Shown here one piece after another: positions 1 to 11,680 of a stretch of 64,000 nt of DNA (its first letter is position 1; each line of letters starts with the position of its first letter). Source of the DNA: Ptychomitrium polyphyllum (Eukaryota); NCBI GenBank assembly GCA_973851085.1, contig OZ316776.1:14508001-14572000 (forward strand), read 5' to 3'. The notes beneath the pieces are model-generated. The model was not told the DNA's origin. It did not search any database and saw only the letters and a list, made by a program, of their open reading frames with translations. Made by a program: the position numbers and the translations under genes.

Positions 1-3000
1 TGCTTTGTGTGTGGAAAACCAGGTCATTTTGCTCGAAATTGCTACAAGGCCAAGAAAGGAGAGAGGGAGGATGCCAACCATGTGATGGACCACCTTGGAG
101 GTGGTGATTGTGCCTTCATGGCAAGCGTAGGGGCGCCTATGGCGGCCCTATCCAAGTGGATAGTTGATTCGGGCGCCACAAAGCACATGACTCCTTACAA
201 GTGCTCATTCCATACTTATGAGGCAATTGCAGCCACTAGTGTGCTCATGGGTGACAATGGCGTGGTGGAGGCCATTGGAATGGGTTCCATTGTAGTGGAG
301 GTTGTTGTCAGAGGCAAGACCAAGAGGATCACTTTTAAGGACGTGCTGCATGTGCCAAAGATGAAGTCCAACCTCCTTTCGGTGAGCAAACTTGTGATGG
401 GAGGGTTTGTGGCTCATTTCAATATGAATGGATGTATTGTGAAGTCATTGAGTGGAGATGTTGTTGCCACGGGGTTGAGGGATGGCAACTTGTACTTCAT
501 CAAGTGTAAGAAGGTGAATAGAGTGGAGGTGGCGGCCTTTGCTGAGTTCATTGAAGACCAAGACAAGTTTGGCATATGGCATGGGCGCCTTGGGCACCTT
601 AATGTGAAGGCCATGAAGGAGCTCTAAGGCATGGTAAGCGGCTTGGATCTCAGTACAACATGCCACAAGGCAAAAGAACTTGGTTGTGAGGCTTGCATCC
701 AAGGCAAGCAGCAAAGGGCGTCGTTTCCAAGTGGAGTGGCAACTCGTGCAAGCAAATTGTTGGAGATTGTGCATTCCGACGTGTGCGGGCCTATGAGGAC
801 TCCATCCATCAGGGGAGCAAGGTACTTCCTCACCTTCATTGATGATTATTCGAGGAAAGTATGGGTGTTCATCCTCAAGGCCAAGAGCAAATGCTTTGCA
901 AGATTCAAGGAATTCAAGGCGCTTGTGGAGAAGCAATGTGAGTCCAAGATCAAGGTGTTGCGTTTGGATAATGGTGGTGAGTTCTTATCCAAATTTTTTG
1001 ATGACTTCTTGAGGAGTGAAGGCATTGCAAGGCAAACCTCCACTCCATACACTCCACAACAAAATGGAGTTGCTGAGAGGGAAAATTACACCATTGTGGA
1101 GATGGCGAGGAGCATGCTTCATGCTCAACATCTTGGGCATGAATTGTGGGCGGAAGCAGTGGTGAATGCGGTATACACAAGAAATAGGTGCCCCACAAGT
1201 GCCCTTGCATCCATGACACCTGAAAAAGCTTGGAGTGGTAAGAAGCCTTATATTTCACACATGAAGACCTTCGGATGCCTTGCATATGCAAAGGTTCCAG
1301 ATTGCATGAGGTCCAAGCTTGATGCAAAGGGTACAAAGTGTGTGTTCTTTGGTTATTGTGAGGGCAACAAAGCATATAGGTTGATGTGTGTAGAGAGCAA
1401 GAAGATCATTAAGAGCCTTGATGTTGAGTTCTTGGAGCACAAGAGTGCTTGTGAGCACTTGGGGATGTGTCCAAGTGGGAGTAATGGTGTGATTGTGGAC
1501 ACATCCTCCACAACAACCAAGGATGAAGGTGGAGATATGGATGGAGGTGAAGGAACAATGGAGGGGGAGAGCAAGGCGACTTCCACCCTTAAGACCAGCA
1601 GAGGAGCCTCACAAGATGATGGTGAGCATCTTCATCCAAGTAAAGAAGATAAACCTCTAAGTGAAGGAGAAGGGGATGCATTACAAGAAGAGAGGCCTGC
1701 AATGAGTGGAAGGAGGTATTCCATGAGGGAGAGGAGGCCACCTGGTGAATGGTGGAAGAACCACATCTTTCCAAAAATGAGTGCAGAACATGCCAATGTT
1801 GCCCTCCTCGTTGATCCTTTAACTATGTGCGATGCCTTGAAGTCCACGGATGCATTGAAGTGGGAGAAGGCCATGGAAGAGGAGTACAAGTCGCTCATAG
1901 GCAATGGCACATGGCACTTGACTCAACTTCCTTTAAATCGTTCTTCCATAGGTTGCAAGTGGGTGTTTAGAACCAAGAAGGATGCTTCGGGTGCAATTGT
2001 AAGGCACAAGGCAAGGTTAGTTGCCAAAAGATACTCACAAGTTGCTGGTGTGGCCTTCAATGAGACCTTTGCATCTGTGGCCAAGTTCACCACCATTAGG
2101 ACCATCTTGGCCATAGCAGCGGCAATGGACTTGGAGGTGCACCAGATGGATGTGAAGACGGCCTTTCTAAATGGAGAGTTGGAAGAAGACATCTACATGG
2201 AGCAACCTCTAGGGTTTGTACTTGAAGGCTTGGAACACCTTGTTTGCAAGTTGAAGAAGGCCTTGTACGGGCTTAAGCAATCACCAAGGGCATGTTACCA
2301 ACGCATTGATGCATTCTTTAGGAAGGAAGGGTTTGTGAGAAGTGAGGCGGATCATTCCTTGTATGTGATGCAGACCATGGAATTCTTGTTGATTGTGATT
2401 CTCTAAGTGGATGACTTGATCATGTTGGCCAACCTTTTGGAGAAGCTAGAGTGGTTGAAGGCCAAATTAGAGTAGGAATTTGAGATGAGTGATTTGGGCA
2501 AGTTACACTATTGTCTTGGAGTGGAATTTATGAGGGATCGTGCAAAGAGGACCATCACCATGAGCCAAAAGAAGTACATCGAAGAGGTGTTGAAGCGATT
2601 CAACATGGAAGACTGCAAGCCAGTGGGAACGCCCTTGGAGGCTAACTTGAGGTTGATGAAGCTAAGTGATGAGGAGTATACTCAAGTGGAGGGCAAAATG
2701 CAAGGCGTTCCTTACAAGGCCGGAGTGGGGTGCCTCATGTATGCCATGGTGGGCACAAGGTTTGATCTTGCGCTTTCAATGAGTGTTGTGAGCCAACACA
2801 TGTCCAAGGCCGGCCCCATGCACTGGGCAACCATCAAGAGGATCATGAGGTACTTGAAAGGCACCTTGGACTTTGTGTTGTGTTTGGGAGGTGATAACAT
2901 TGAGTTGCAGGGATTTTGTGATGCGAATTGGGCTAGAGATGCAAATGATAGGCGCTCCACAACGAGGTATGTGTTCTTTATTGGAGTGGGAGCCATCTCT

Positions 3001-3372
3001 TGGAACTGCAAGAGGCAACCTACAATTGCAAGGTCAACCTTGGAGGCGGAGTACATGGCGGCAAGTCATGGTGCAATGGAAGCAATGTGGCTGAGGCAAT
3101 CCTTAGAGGACATTGGACTTGTACAACTGGGTGTAACGCCCATCATGTGTGACAATCAGGGATGTCTTGCCTTTGCCAAGAATCCCAAGCATCACTCATG
3201 AACAAAGCACATCGACATCCAATATCACTTTATAAGAAAGAAGATTGAAGATGGAGTGATAGATATGAGGTATTGTGCAACAGAGGGCATGCTTGCTGAT
3301 TTGTTGACAAAAACATTGGTAAAAGATAGACACCAGTTGTTGACGAGGTCAATTGGATTAAAGGCCCTTTGA
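1..3372 (+). pseudogene. copia gag-pol polyprotein, one frame broken by four premature stops
   Basis: Frame +1 throughout with no frameshift. Stops at 625-627 (TAA), 2404-2406 (TAA replacing the Y of RT YVDD), 2473-2475 (TAG) and 3199-3201 (TGA in HS*TKHID). Natural stop at 3370-3372. Confidence 0.93.
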
Positions 3373-3380
3373 TCAGTAGC

Positions 3381-3390
3381 AAAGTGGGAG
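3381..3390 (+). other. polypurine tract of the copia element
   Basis: AAAGTGGGAG immediately before the TGTTG LTR start. Confidence 0.8.
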
Positions 3391-3850
3391 TGTTGCAAAG
3401 TGTGAAACATATAAAGTAATCCTAGTTGAAGTATCCTTGTGTAGGCTTAAAGCATGATATGTTGTTAATGGTCAAAGAGGTGTGAAGAAAGAGGCCATAG
3501 GGGATATGGAGGCTAGGGTTAAGAAAAGGCAATAAGGGTTTTGTATGGTGGCTAGGGTTAGAGTGGCCATTAGGGTTAGGGCGGCCGTTAGGGTTAGGAT
3601 GGCGGCTACGGCAGCTAGGGTTAGGGTTAGCCGCCACATGTCACTCATATAGTGGAGGCAAATGTATGGCCGCCAAGTGGCACATTTTGGTGGATGACTC
3701 TCAAGTATAAGTAAAGGGGTTTTGGAGTTGGGAGTCATCTTACTCCACACTTCTCTTGTTGGAACCTTGCTCTCTCTCTTCTTGCTTATTGTACTAGCTT
3801 TGTTGCATTTCTTCAATACTGCAGCCTTGGTTGGTGTTGCATTAAAAACA
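3391..3850 (+). repeat. copia 3' LTR (~460 bp)
   Basis: TGTT...AACA termini directly after the PPT; TATA-like TATAAGTAAA near 3706; homologous to the inverted copy at ~13896-14324. Confidence 0.85.
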
Positions 3851-4669
3851 ATTGTAGGTGCAGCTGCATTCTCATCAGCTATCCTTAGTTCTAGCAAGGA
3901 AAAACTATGTGAAATTTGCTTGAAGCTCCACCTCATGAAATGCAGTTAGTGAGCCCATTGCAACTTGATGGCCTACACAACGTGTATAAGGCTAGTAACA
4001 GTATTTAGTGGATATGAAGGAAGTGTCATGGGTAGAGGTGTATTCCATGTAAGCTTATAGTGGATAGTTTTTCACAGACATAAGCACAGGTCAGATCTCA
4101 TCAACTCACATCTTATAATAGCCTGAAAAAAGTCCAAAGCATGTCTTAGATTTGATAGCAGTGAATGTATTAACTTGTGTTCTTTTAATCTCTTTTCACT
4201 TGAAATGCTATAACCTGGTTGCACAAATGCATTTGTTATAAGAAAACCATTGCATTGAATAAACATTTTGTAGCCAAGATGAAGACCGAAGAAATATTTT
4301 ATTAGTTAAGGAAAAAATAGAGTGCAAAAATTTGACAACAAACAGCATTTACATGGGTTTCAATTATAAAATTCTTCATTCTATATTCTCTCTTTTAACT
4401 ATAATTGGTAAAAAAGATTAGCAAACATTTCATGCGTATTAGTAGCTTCTTGCAATGTCCTTTTGATTCTCTCCTGTTCAGCGGTCGTACTTTCAGATGT
4501 TCCTTCTTCCATGTCATCATTAGTTGAATATTAATCCTAGCTGCCATAGTGAATTATTGTAATATGTGCATTTTCTGAATTGTGTTTTCTACAATTTAAT
4601 ATATATCATTATTTTGGAAACCAGCAAATTTGTGTGTTGTGGTTATATACATTTCATTTCAATTTCTCT

Positions 4670-5908
4670 ACCTAATTCATATCATAATTGTCATTGTGAA
4701 TGAAACTTATGCAATGCAAATAGAGACATGTTACAACCACATTAGGCACATTACAAAGTGGCATGTTGATACATTTTAGAAATATCATTTATTTTTCCTT
4801 TATAATTCCAAAAGTCCTTCTAATAAGCATTCTTGTGCTTGGTTGTATGAAATTTTAATGTATTTTCTTCTTTAAGAGTCTATTTTTTTCACCTTTGGAA
4901 GGATTGTAAAATCAAAAATGCACTAGATATGCAACATCTCTTATTAAATTTGTAAAGAGAATTGATTTCTTCATAATTTTCTTTTTCAATTGTATACTTT
5001 GAAATAATAACCAATCACAAGTACAACTTGCCATTTCAAAGTTATAATTCTAAAATTGATGTTTTGCATCTAAACACCTTTTAATTTCATAAAATACAAT
5101 TTTTTTTACAATAATGTAATGTAACATGTTTGGGTGGAACTATAATTGAATTGTGAATACCATCAACCACACCAAAAACATATATAAATTTGTGTGGTGA
5201 TTTAAAGTTGGTTGCACTAGTTTTATTTTGTCCATTGTTGGATTTTAAACATATAGGTTTTAGATGAATATTGATGGCATGACAAGACACTTATACAATA
5301 ATGTACACTATATTTTTTGTTAGTCCATATGTTTTTTTACACATTTCAAACATATTGCTAATTCCTAATCTAAAAAGAATAATAGCTACTTTGGCAAGTA
5401 CATTAATACTTTTGATCATTTTTGTATCACTTTTTTTTTACTAAAAGTTAAAAATTTACACCAGTATCCAAAAGTATATTTGTTCAGTTTCATTTGTCTA
5501 TAGAATATTTTTCCAAAAAATCACCAATAAGATATATGTGTATAATTCTTCTTTTTCTATTGTACCTTCAAACAATTCTTGTAATAGATCTAATATCAAT
5601 TTTTAATATAACATGTTTAACATCATTATTGTTGCTTCATTATGCTAATGGATTGTAACTTTCTTCAATACAAGAATAGAGATGATCACAAATTTGATGG
5701 TTATAAAATCACTATAGATATGAGAATTTTATGCTTATTAATTTCACAATTCTAATTGGACCTAGATTTTACAATTCTAATTGGGCCAAGGACAATAAAT
5801 TGACCTAGTGCAATTTAAAATATGTGAAGCCAATTGCTGACCTCAATGAGCCGTTGAATGGGCTTAATGAGCCGTTGAATGGGCTTAAGCACCAATGTAA
5901 TGCGGCCC
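4670..5908 (-). mobile_element. decayed PIF/Harbinger DNA transposon (DDE_Tnp_4-type transposase remnant)
   Basis: Minus-strand fragments VFGVVDGIH (~5150-5180; consensus IGAIDGTH), STRMLIRRTFGIIK (~4795-4845; consensus ARxxVERAFGxLK) and an IHN/LHN-like motif (~4695). Possible terminus GGGCCGCATTACA at 5908 next to TTA/TAA. Many stops and frameshifts. Confidence 0.65.
5845..5886. repeat. perfect 21-bp tandem duplication (AATGAGCCGTTGAATGGGCTT x2)
   Basis: Read directly; subterminal to the putative Harbinger end. Confidence 0.95.
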
Positions 5909-7879
5909 TTAGTGGTGTCCTCTTCACCACCAGGTGGAAGCTGCCTGAAGGTAGTAATCAACCATTGGTAATTGACTCAACAAAAAACTTAACTTATAAG
6001 ATGGGGTATTAGCGTTAGCTATACCATCGGGGAAATGATTTTGTGATACAAAATGGTCCTTTGCACACGCCATCCTAGTCTCTCTTTTGTAGCTTGCAAA
6101 CCGATACTTAGTGCAAATGCACGCACCAAATGTAAAAGAAAAAATCTTTTTGTTCAAATGGAACATAGATCTAAAAATATTACAATTGGAAGCACACACA
6201 AATTCATATAAAACAAGTATCAATATTTTTAGATTTGGACATTGGATGATGAAACCACGTTTATTATACAATACAAGCATGCTATTATATGAAATTTGAA
6301 GAATTTATCAAATTTTCGGAGTTGAATTGAGTGAAGTTGACTCATTAAGTGCTAAATTATACTAAATATTGGCTATAGTAGAATATTGAGCCCACAAACT
6401 CCATTGTAGTGTTGGTGGCAAGTCATGTTGTTAGAAAATGTGATGGATTATCATGAATTTAATAATATATTCCATAATTTTTAAAATTTATTTGATTCTA
6501 GGTATAAATTGAGCAAGACCTTGATCCATCCTTAAGAATTTATTCTTCTTTATTATCAAAAGCTAAGATGCTACCAATTTAGAACTAATCAAAGATTTAA
6601 AAAAAACTTTGGTTCCGAAATTGGAATTAAAGTGAGTAGATTATCTATTTAATTATAATTGTATCTTTATGTCTAAAATATATAAATAAGAAAAGTTTTA
6701 CTATTATTTTCTAAAAAAAAATGGATATTATACTATACTATGAATCAAATAAGAATCAAGCAAGTCTCAATTAAAATTTGAACAAAGGCATGTGCTCTAT
6801 TATTGATTAGATGACGACAAGCTTCATATGATTGGTCCATATAACAAAAAGTGATCAAAATCTTCACCTTCAACTGTAGTTTGTAAAAATAAGTTATATA
6901 AAAAGAAATGAGTATAACATTCTTAGTTCAAAGGTTGTAGAGCTCCTATGCTTTTGAATATTTTTTAATAAATGTATTTGAATTTTTTTGCTTATATATC
7001 AAAAAATATTATGATAATTAATAAAAATTTATTGTAGTAAATTTTTCAACAAATAGCAAGTGTGTATGAAGCATATATTAGGATCAATGATGTACCAATT
7101 ACCTTTATAATTGATTAAAACAATGGTTTTAAAGGCTTGTTCATCAATTGATTAAAAAAGATTATAAAGCCATAGATGATGCTATTGAATAACATTTCAC
7201 TTTTAGTCCTTCTGGCCATAAAGAAGAGTAATCCATTACCACATAAAGCTTATTAGTCACCATGTGCACTATCATTAACCACCAAGTGGCTATTAAAAGA
7301 TTAAAAACCACCATGTGCATTAGCATTGTCCATAAAAAATCATGGAGTTTTGGCTTAGTAAATGATGGCAATGGATCTACCTTGGATACATATAAATTCA
7401 TAGAGTAGTGGTAATGAAAAGGAAAGCAAAGTCATACTAACTTAGAAAGAATTTTTAACTTAGTATATGTGGGCTTGATACATAGTGGTTATTAAATGGG
7501 ATTTAGATGTTTATGCATTCATTAAAAAATAGTTGCTTACTATTACTTAAGCAATTAATGGACTAATCTACTACAAATGTTTTGCTTTTGAAAATTCATT
7601 ATTGATTCAAATTTCATAAAAGAAAAACATATTTTTGATGCTTTGGACTTAAAAATTATTGCATATTTAAACAATGTTTAAAAAAAATGTTATTGTAGTG
7701 GTGATGAATTATGGTACATCATTCAAAATAGAATGAAATGCAAACTTGTAAGAAAAAGTTCTTTATTATTTAAACTAGAGCAATTTACTTCTTGCATTAA
7801 AGGAAGAAAAAGAAGAAATAAGCTTTGTATGAATTGCATATATTGCATGTAGAATTATGCACCTATGCCAAGAAACAAG

Positions 7880-8500
7880 GTTAAATAAGGTTTTGTACCA
7901 AATCTAGATCTTTTAGTGAATTCACAAAGAACCTATATTAAAAGAGATGTTTTCATTTGAATGAGATTATGGCTTTAAATTTTGGGCATCATTGTTATCG
8001 ATGCAAAGTTAATAATAAATGGTAACGATAATATGTAGCAGTAAAAAATTATATCTTTTGACAACAAATTTGCTTCTATAGAACCATGAATTTTTAGGCA
8101 ATTTAAAATTATTAAAAAACTTTAAAAAACCATAGTCAAACACCACAAAGATATGATAATTTCTTTACTTCTAAATTTTCTTTGCCTATTTTCATGGACT
8201 AGAATGCAAGCATTGCTACAATCTTGAAAATAAATGGAATGCAACTTTTTTTCCTTGCTCTTCCAATTTAAACAAGCTATATTCCATTTGGTATGACTTT
8301 GGATCCAATAGTGGAACAATAACATAAATTTTTAGAAGTGAAGTAAAATATGCACCTATGTTTTTCTCAATGTCTAATATATATTCTTTCAAGTTTAATA
8401 TTGCAAAAACTTCAATTAAAGATATATTAGACTTCAACCAAAATTATAGCAAATGTTGTACTTACCATCACGTGGCATTTAGTGTCATTATGAATTACTT
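7880..8500 (-). mobile_element. highly decayed hAT-like transposase remnant
   Basis: Minus strand gives LNAT*W...STTFAI (TRWNST-like, ~8440-8490), PLLDPK (LDPR-like, ~8300) and ENISFNIG...RSRFG (ERxFS...RxRL-like, ~7900-7960), in hAT order. Confidence 0.45.
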
Positions 8501-9737
8501 TATGAGTGACATTGTTTATAACTAATACATACAGTGCTTTGTTGTTCTATTTAGAAGCTTGTCGACAAGTATTGTTGGTGATGTTGGTTTGGTGAATTAC
8601 ATTTGGTGTGATAATAAGATGCTTGAGATTTGTGATATTAAATGCAATTTCATTTGTGATGTTTGAGAACTATAAAATTGCATTCCAATATTTGGAGCCA
8701 TGCCCCTTTTCTGTTTCGAATCATGATATGCTTTTAGTAATGGAGAACCTCACCCTTTCGTAAATTAGTATCGAATATACTATAGTTCCAGTTCCAGGGT
8801 GACCAGGTGCCTGTTCTGAAGAGTGTTACCATTCCCTCAGCAGGCAGAGTAACTTATTTTTGAATATTTATAATTTCTTATGAACTGCAGATTCCCTTGG
8901 AGATTTCTGAAGCGGCGTGCAGGCGGCAGCGTTTGGCCATTGTCAACCCCGCACTGTGCAACTGTCCAACCGCAGACTCGCGTCGCTGATGGATCAGACA
9001 GATACAAGGAGCCGCGGCGCGACATGCCACGAACAATCAGACGCAGGGTGACGCGTGACGACACGTTACGACGCCGGAGGCCGGACACAGACGGCGCCGC
9101 GCTAGTGATGGCGGTGTCCCGAGCTCAGGCAGTCCACTTGCACGGAGCCACAGCTATTCTTTTGCGTGCTCGGTTTCCATAGGGCCAGTCCATGAGGCAG
9201 GGTGCCCCACCACGCATGTTGAGCTCTGCGACTGCAAGGCAAAGTTCTTACCGGATGACTATGGCCAAAAGAATTTTTCTACTGCCGCTCTTGAGCACCA
9301 ACTAATCCGCCTGCTTCGCCTCCTGGCAATTCCTTCAATTCGTCGAGACGCCCATTCAATGCCCGCTATGCGTGGCTGGCGGCTGAAGTTTCCTCACCTC
9401 CGAAACGAGCTCCGAGATTTCCTCCCCCTAGACCCACTTAGTTGACAACGACGTATTCATAGGCCTATAACTATTCTTTTGCGGTGTAAGTGACAGAATT
9501 TTAGTTTTTGAGCGAGAGTGAGAGAGATGGCGATGGCATTCTACAATTTGTAGAAACTGAGGCAATCAATCGCAGAATGGGGGCATCCTCGTTGCACGGA
9601 GTACTACGCTGCAGTACTTTCTCGTCAAGAGCTGTAAATCAAACCGAATTGCGATCGAGGCAGGAGGTCGTTGGATTGTCGTCTTCGTTGCTGTATTCAT
9701 ATCCGTGCGCTTACCAGTGTGCGTCAGATTTGAATAC

Positions 9738-10829
9738 ATGGAGGCCAGAGGAATGGAAATCAGATTTGGATCTCGTAGCGTCCAAGCTGGTGAGTGGAGG
9801 ACTCTTCTTATTCGTTGATTTCTTGATCTTTTGTACTGTTCTTGATCACGTCGGAGTGAAATGGCGATTGTTTTACGAGTGTTCTTAATTTGAGGAAGTC
9901 AATTGCAGTTAAGGTAGTCTGGCAGGTGAAGGAGTACTCTGTGTCCACGAGTGATCACCAGAGTGATGACAACGTAGTTGGGTTGAATACTTGGCAACAA
10001 TTGACTGGTGAAGCTCCAGCTCCAGTGTCGATCTTCGTAGGGTTGATCCTTCGAATATTGCTGGACGTTGAGTTTCTATGTTCGCTTTGTGCTCTTTACA
10101 AATCCAAGGTTAGGTCTCCGGAATGGGCAATGACCATTCCGCACATTGTCTAATATCCGTAAGGATGTGGAGACACCCGTTGCGACAGCTCCTCTAATTT
10201 TACACACTTTAGGTTGCAGTTTCGGTGTCTCTCAACGATCTAACGCGTTTTTTTGGCTGTTTTGATTTTTAGCGGCGCGGAAATTGCTGGCAGGGAACGG
10301 AGAGCCGACTCCAGCGGAGCTAGCGCCAAGTTCGGCCCCCTCAGTGTACGTGTGCCGCGACATGAAGTCGGGGGCGATCGTGCACTGCCAGAACCCGAAC
10401 ACGCTGCTCATCATCGCAGCCGGGATGTCGTGCATGACAGTCCTGGTCACCATCGCCATAGCCCTGCTCTGCTGGTCCGTCGTCCGCCAACGTCGCCTGG
10501 AGCGCCGCCGTCACGAATCCCCCCTAAACCACGAGCTCATTGGAATCGCCCCACCCTCCGTCCCCGCGAACTCCCCAGAATTCGACGACGCGGTGCTCGT
10601 CCAACTCCCGGGCGACGAAAAACCCCAGTTCTTCGCCGTGCCCAAACCTTTCCACACGGACACTAGTAAGGACATCATCAAGCCAGCCGACGTCGCCAGC
10701 GATGGCCAATTTGGACCAAAACAACCATCCTCCGAGGCAGATGAAAGTTGCGACCCCTATTATGATTCAAATCCCTGCGTTCAAAGCTCTGACAGCCTCT
10801 ACCGCAACCCTCTTTTTGCCTCGCATTAG
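9738..10829 (+). CDS. GLUTAMINE DUMPER-like single-pass membrane protein; exons 9738-9789 and 10273-10829 (~202 aa)
   Basis: TM helix LLIIAAGMSCMTVLVTIAIALLCWSVV, then basic RQRR, then a VIMAG-like motif AVLVQLPGDEKPQFFAVPKP. A GTGAGT donor at 9790 and an AG acceptor at 10271-10272 join in phase. Confidence 0.7.
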
Positions 10830-11644
10830 TTTCTTGTCTGTGGGCTCCTTGTGGCGGGGCTTTGAAGGAGATTAGGTAGCCATTTTCTTAGGGAGATTCT
10901 TTTTCCCCGCTAAGCATGCGATTTCAGCTCAAACTCTACCGGTATGAAGGCACGAGCAATTTTGTGATTAATTTCGTGTTTTGGTGGTAGTTTGTGTACA
11001 TGCGTTTTTGATTAGAGTGGGAAGGCTAGGTCGCCGTAGGTCGTTCAGCGAAGCTATTGACACCTTTGAGGTGAGTTAGGTTAGAAGGTTGACAGGGATT
11101 TAGTATTTGATGGTGACTGGTTTTCGTTGCAGCGCTTTCACCCGTTTTTCAGAGGGTTTTTTAAAAAAAGTTTGGGATGGCATCAAGATGTTTAATATTT
11201 TCAACGAACTTTGGTATTTTCATGTGCACGGTTCGTGTGACGAAAAGTTGCTATTTGTTGAGACTGTTAGACTTTGTGCAATTGTGTAATTCGGGAAGTC
11301 CAGGGATTTCGAATTTCAATAGGGGTTCTCTGACTCTGTTACGTGTTTACAGTTCTTGATGAAGGTAGCCTGTAGTTTTGATGAAGTGAAGATTTTGACG
11401 TATTCCACTTTGGCATTACTCTCCACTTTCACATCATATCTGTGGCAACCAAGCTGAAGTAGCTTTATTACCATAGCGATGAGCACTAGTCGCTCGGTTG
11501 GACAGAGTGCAAACACTAGCAGCACATAATCATTTTACACAAAGTGATCCCTCTTCATTGAAACATGTTCCTCACTCATCTTCTCAATAAGAAAGCTGCT
11601 CAAACAAGAATCTGGTGGACTTACCTCAAAACTTTGCTCGAATC

Positions 11645-11680
11645 TGACAGACGTAAGTTGACCTTACGTCTGTCAACTTA
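11645..11680. repeat. perfect 13-bp inverted repeat with an overlapping 9-bp inverted repeat
   Basis: TGACAGACGTAAG-ttgac-CTTACGTCTGTCA; also TAAGTTGAC (11654) / GTCAACTTA (11672). Confidence 0.9.

Larger units (their letters stand above)
1..3850 (+). mobile_element. Ty1/copia LTR retrotransposon, 3' part (5' LTR and most of gag lie outside the window)
   Basis: Copia domain order: zinc knuckle CFVCGKPGHFARNC (1-42), protease WIVDSGATKHM, GAG-pre-integrase WHGRLGHLN, integrase VHSDVCGP...PQQNGVAER, RT (HKARLVAK, QMDVKTAFL), RNase H (FCDANWA, EAEYMA, CDNQG). Followed by a PPT and an LTR. Confidence 0.97.

Noticed and set aside
625..627. Stop between the protease and integrase ORFs as programmed read-through
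   Set aside because: It lies inside the GAG-pre-integrase region and three other premature stops exist, one destroying YVDD; this is simple decay.
205..3410. Many antisense and alternative-frame ORFs over the copia element (and likewise over the BAHD, VQ and PP7 genes)
   Set aside because: Shadow ORFs of real coding sequence with no recognisable motifs.
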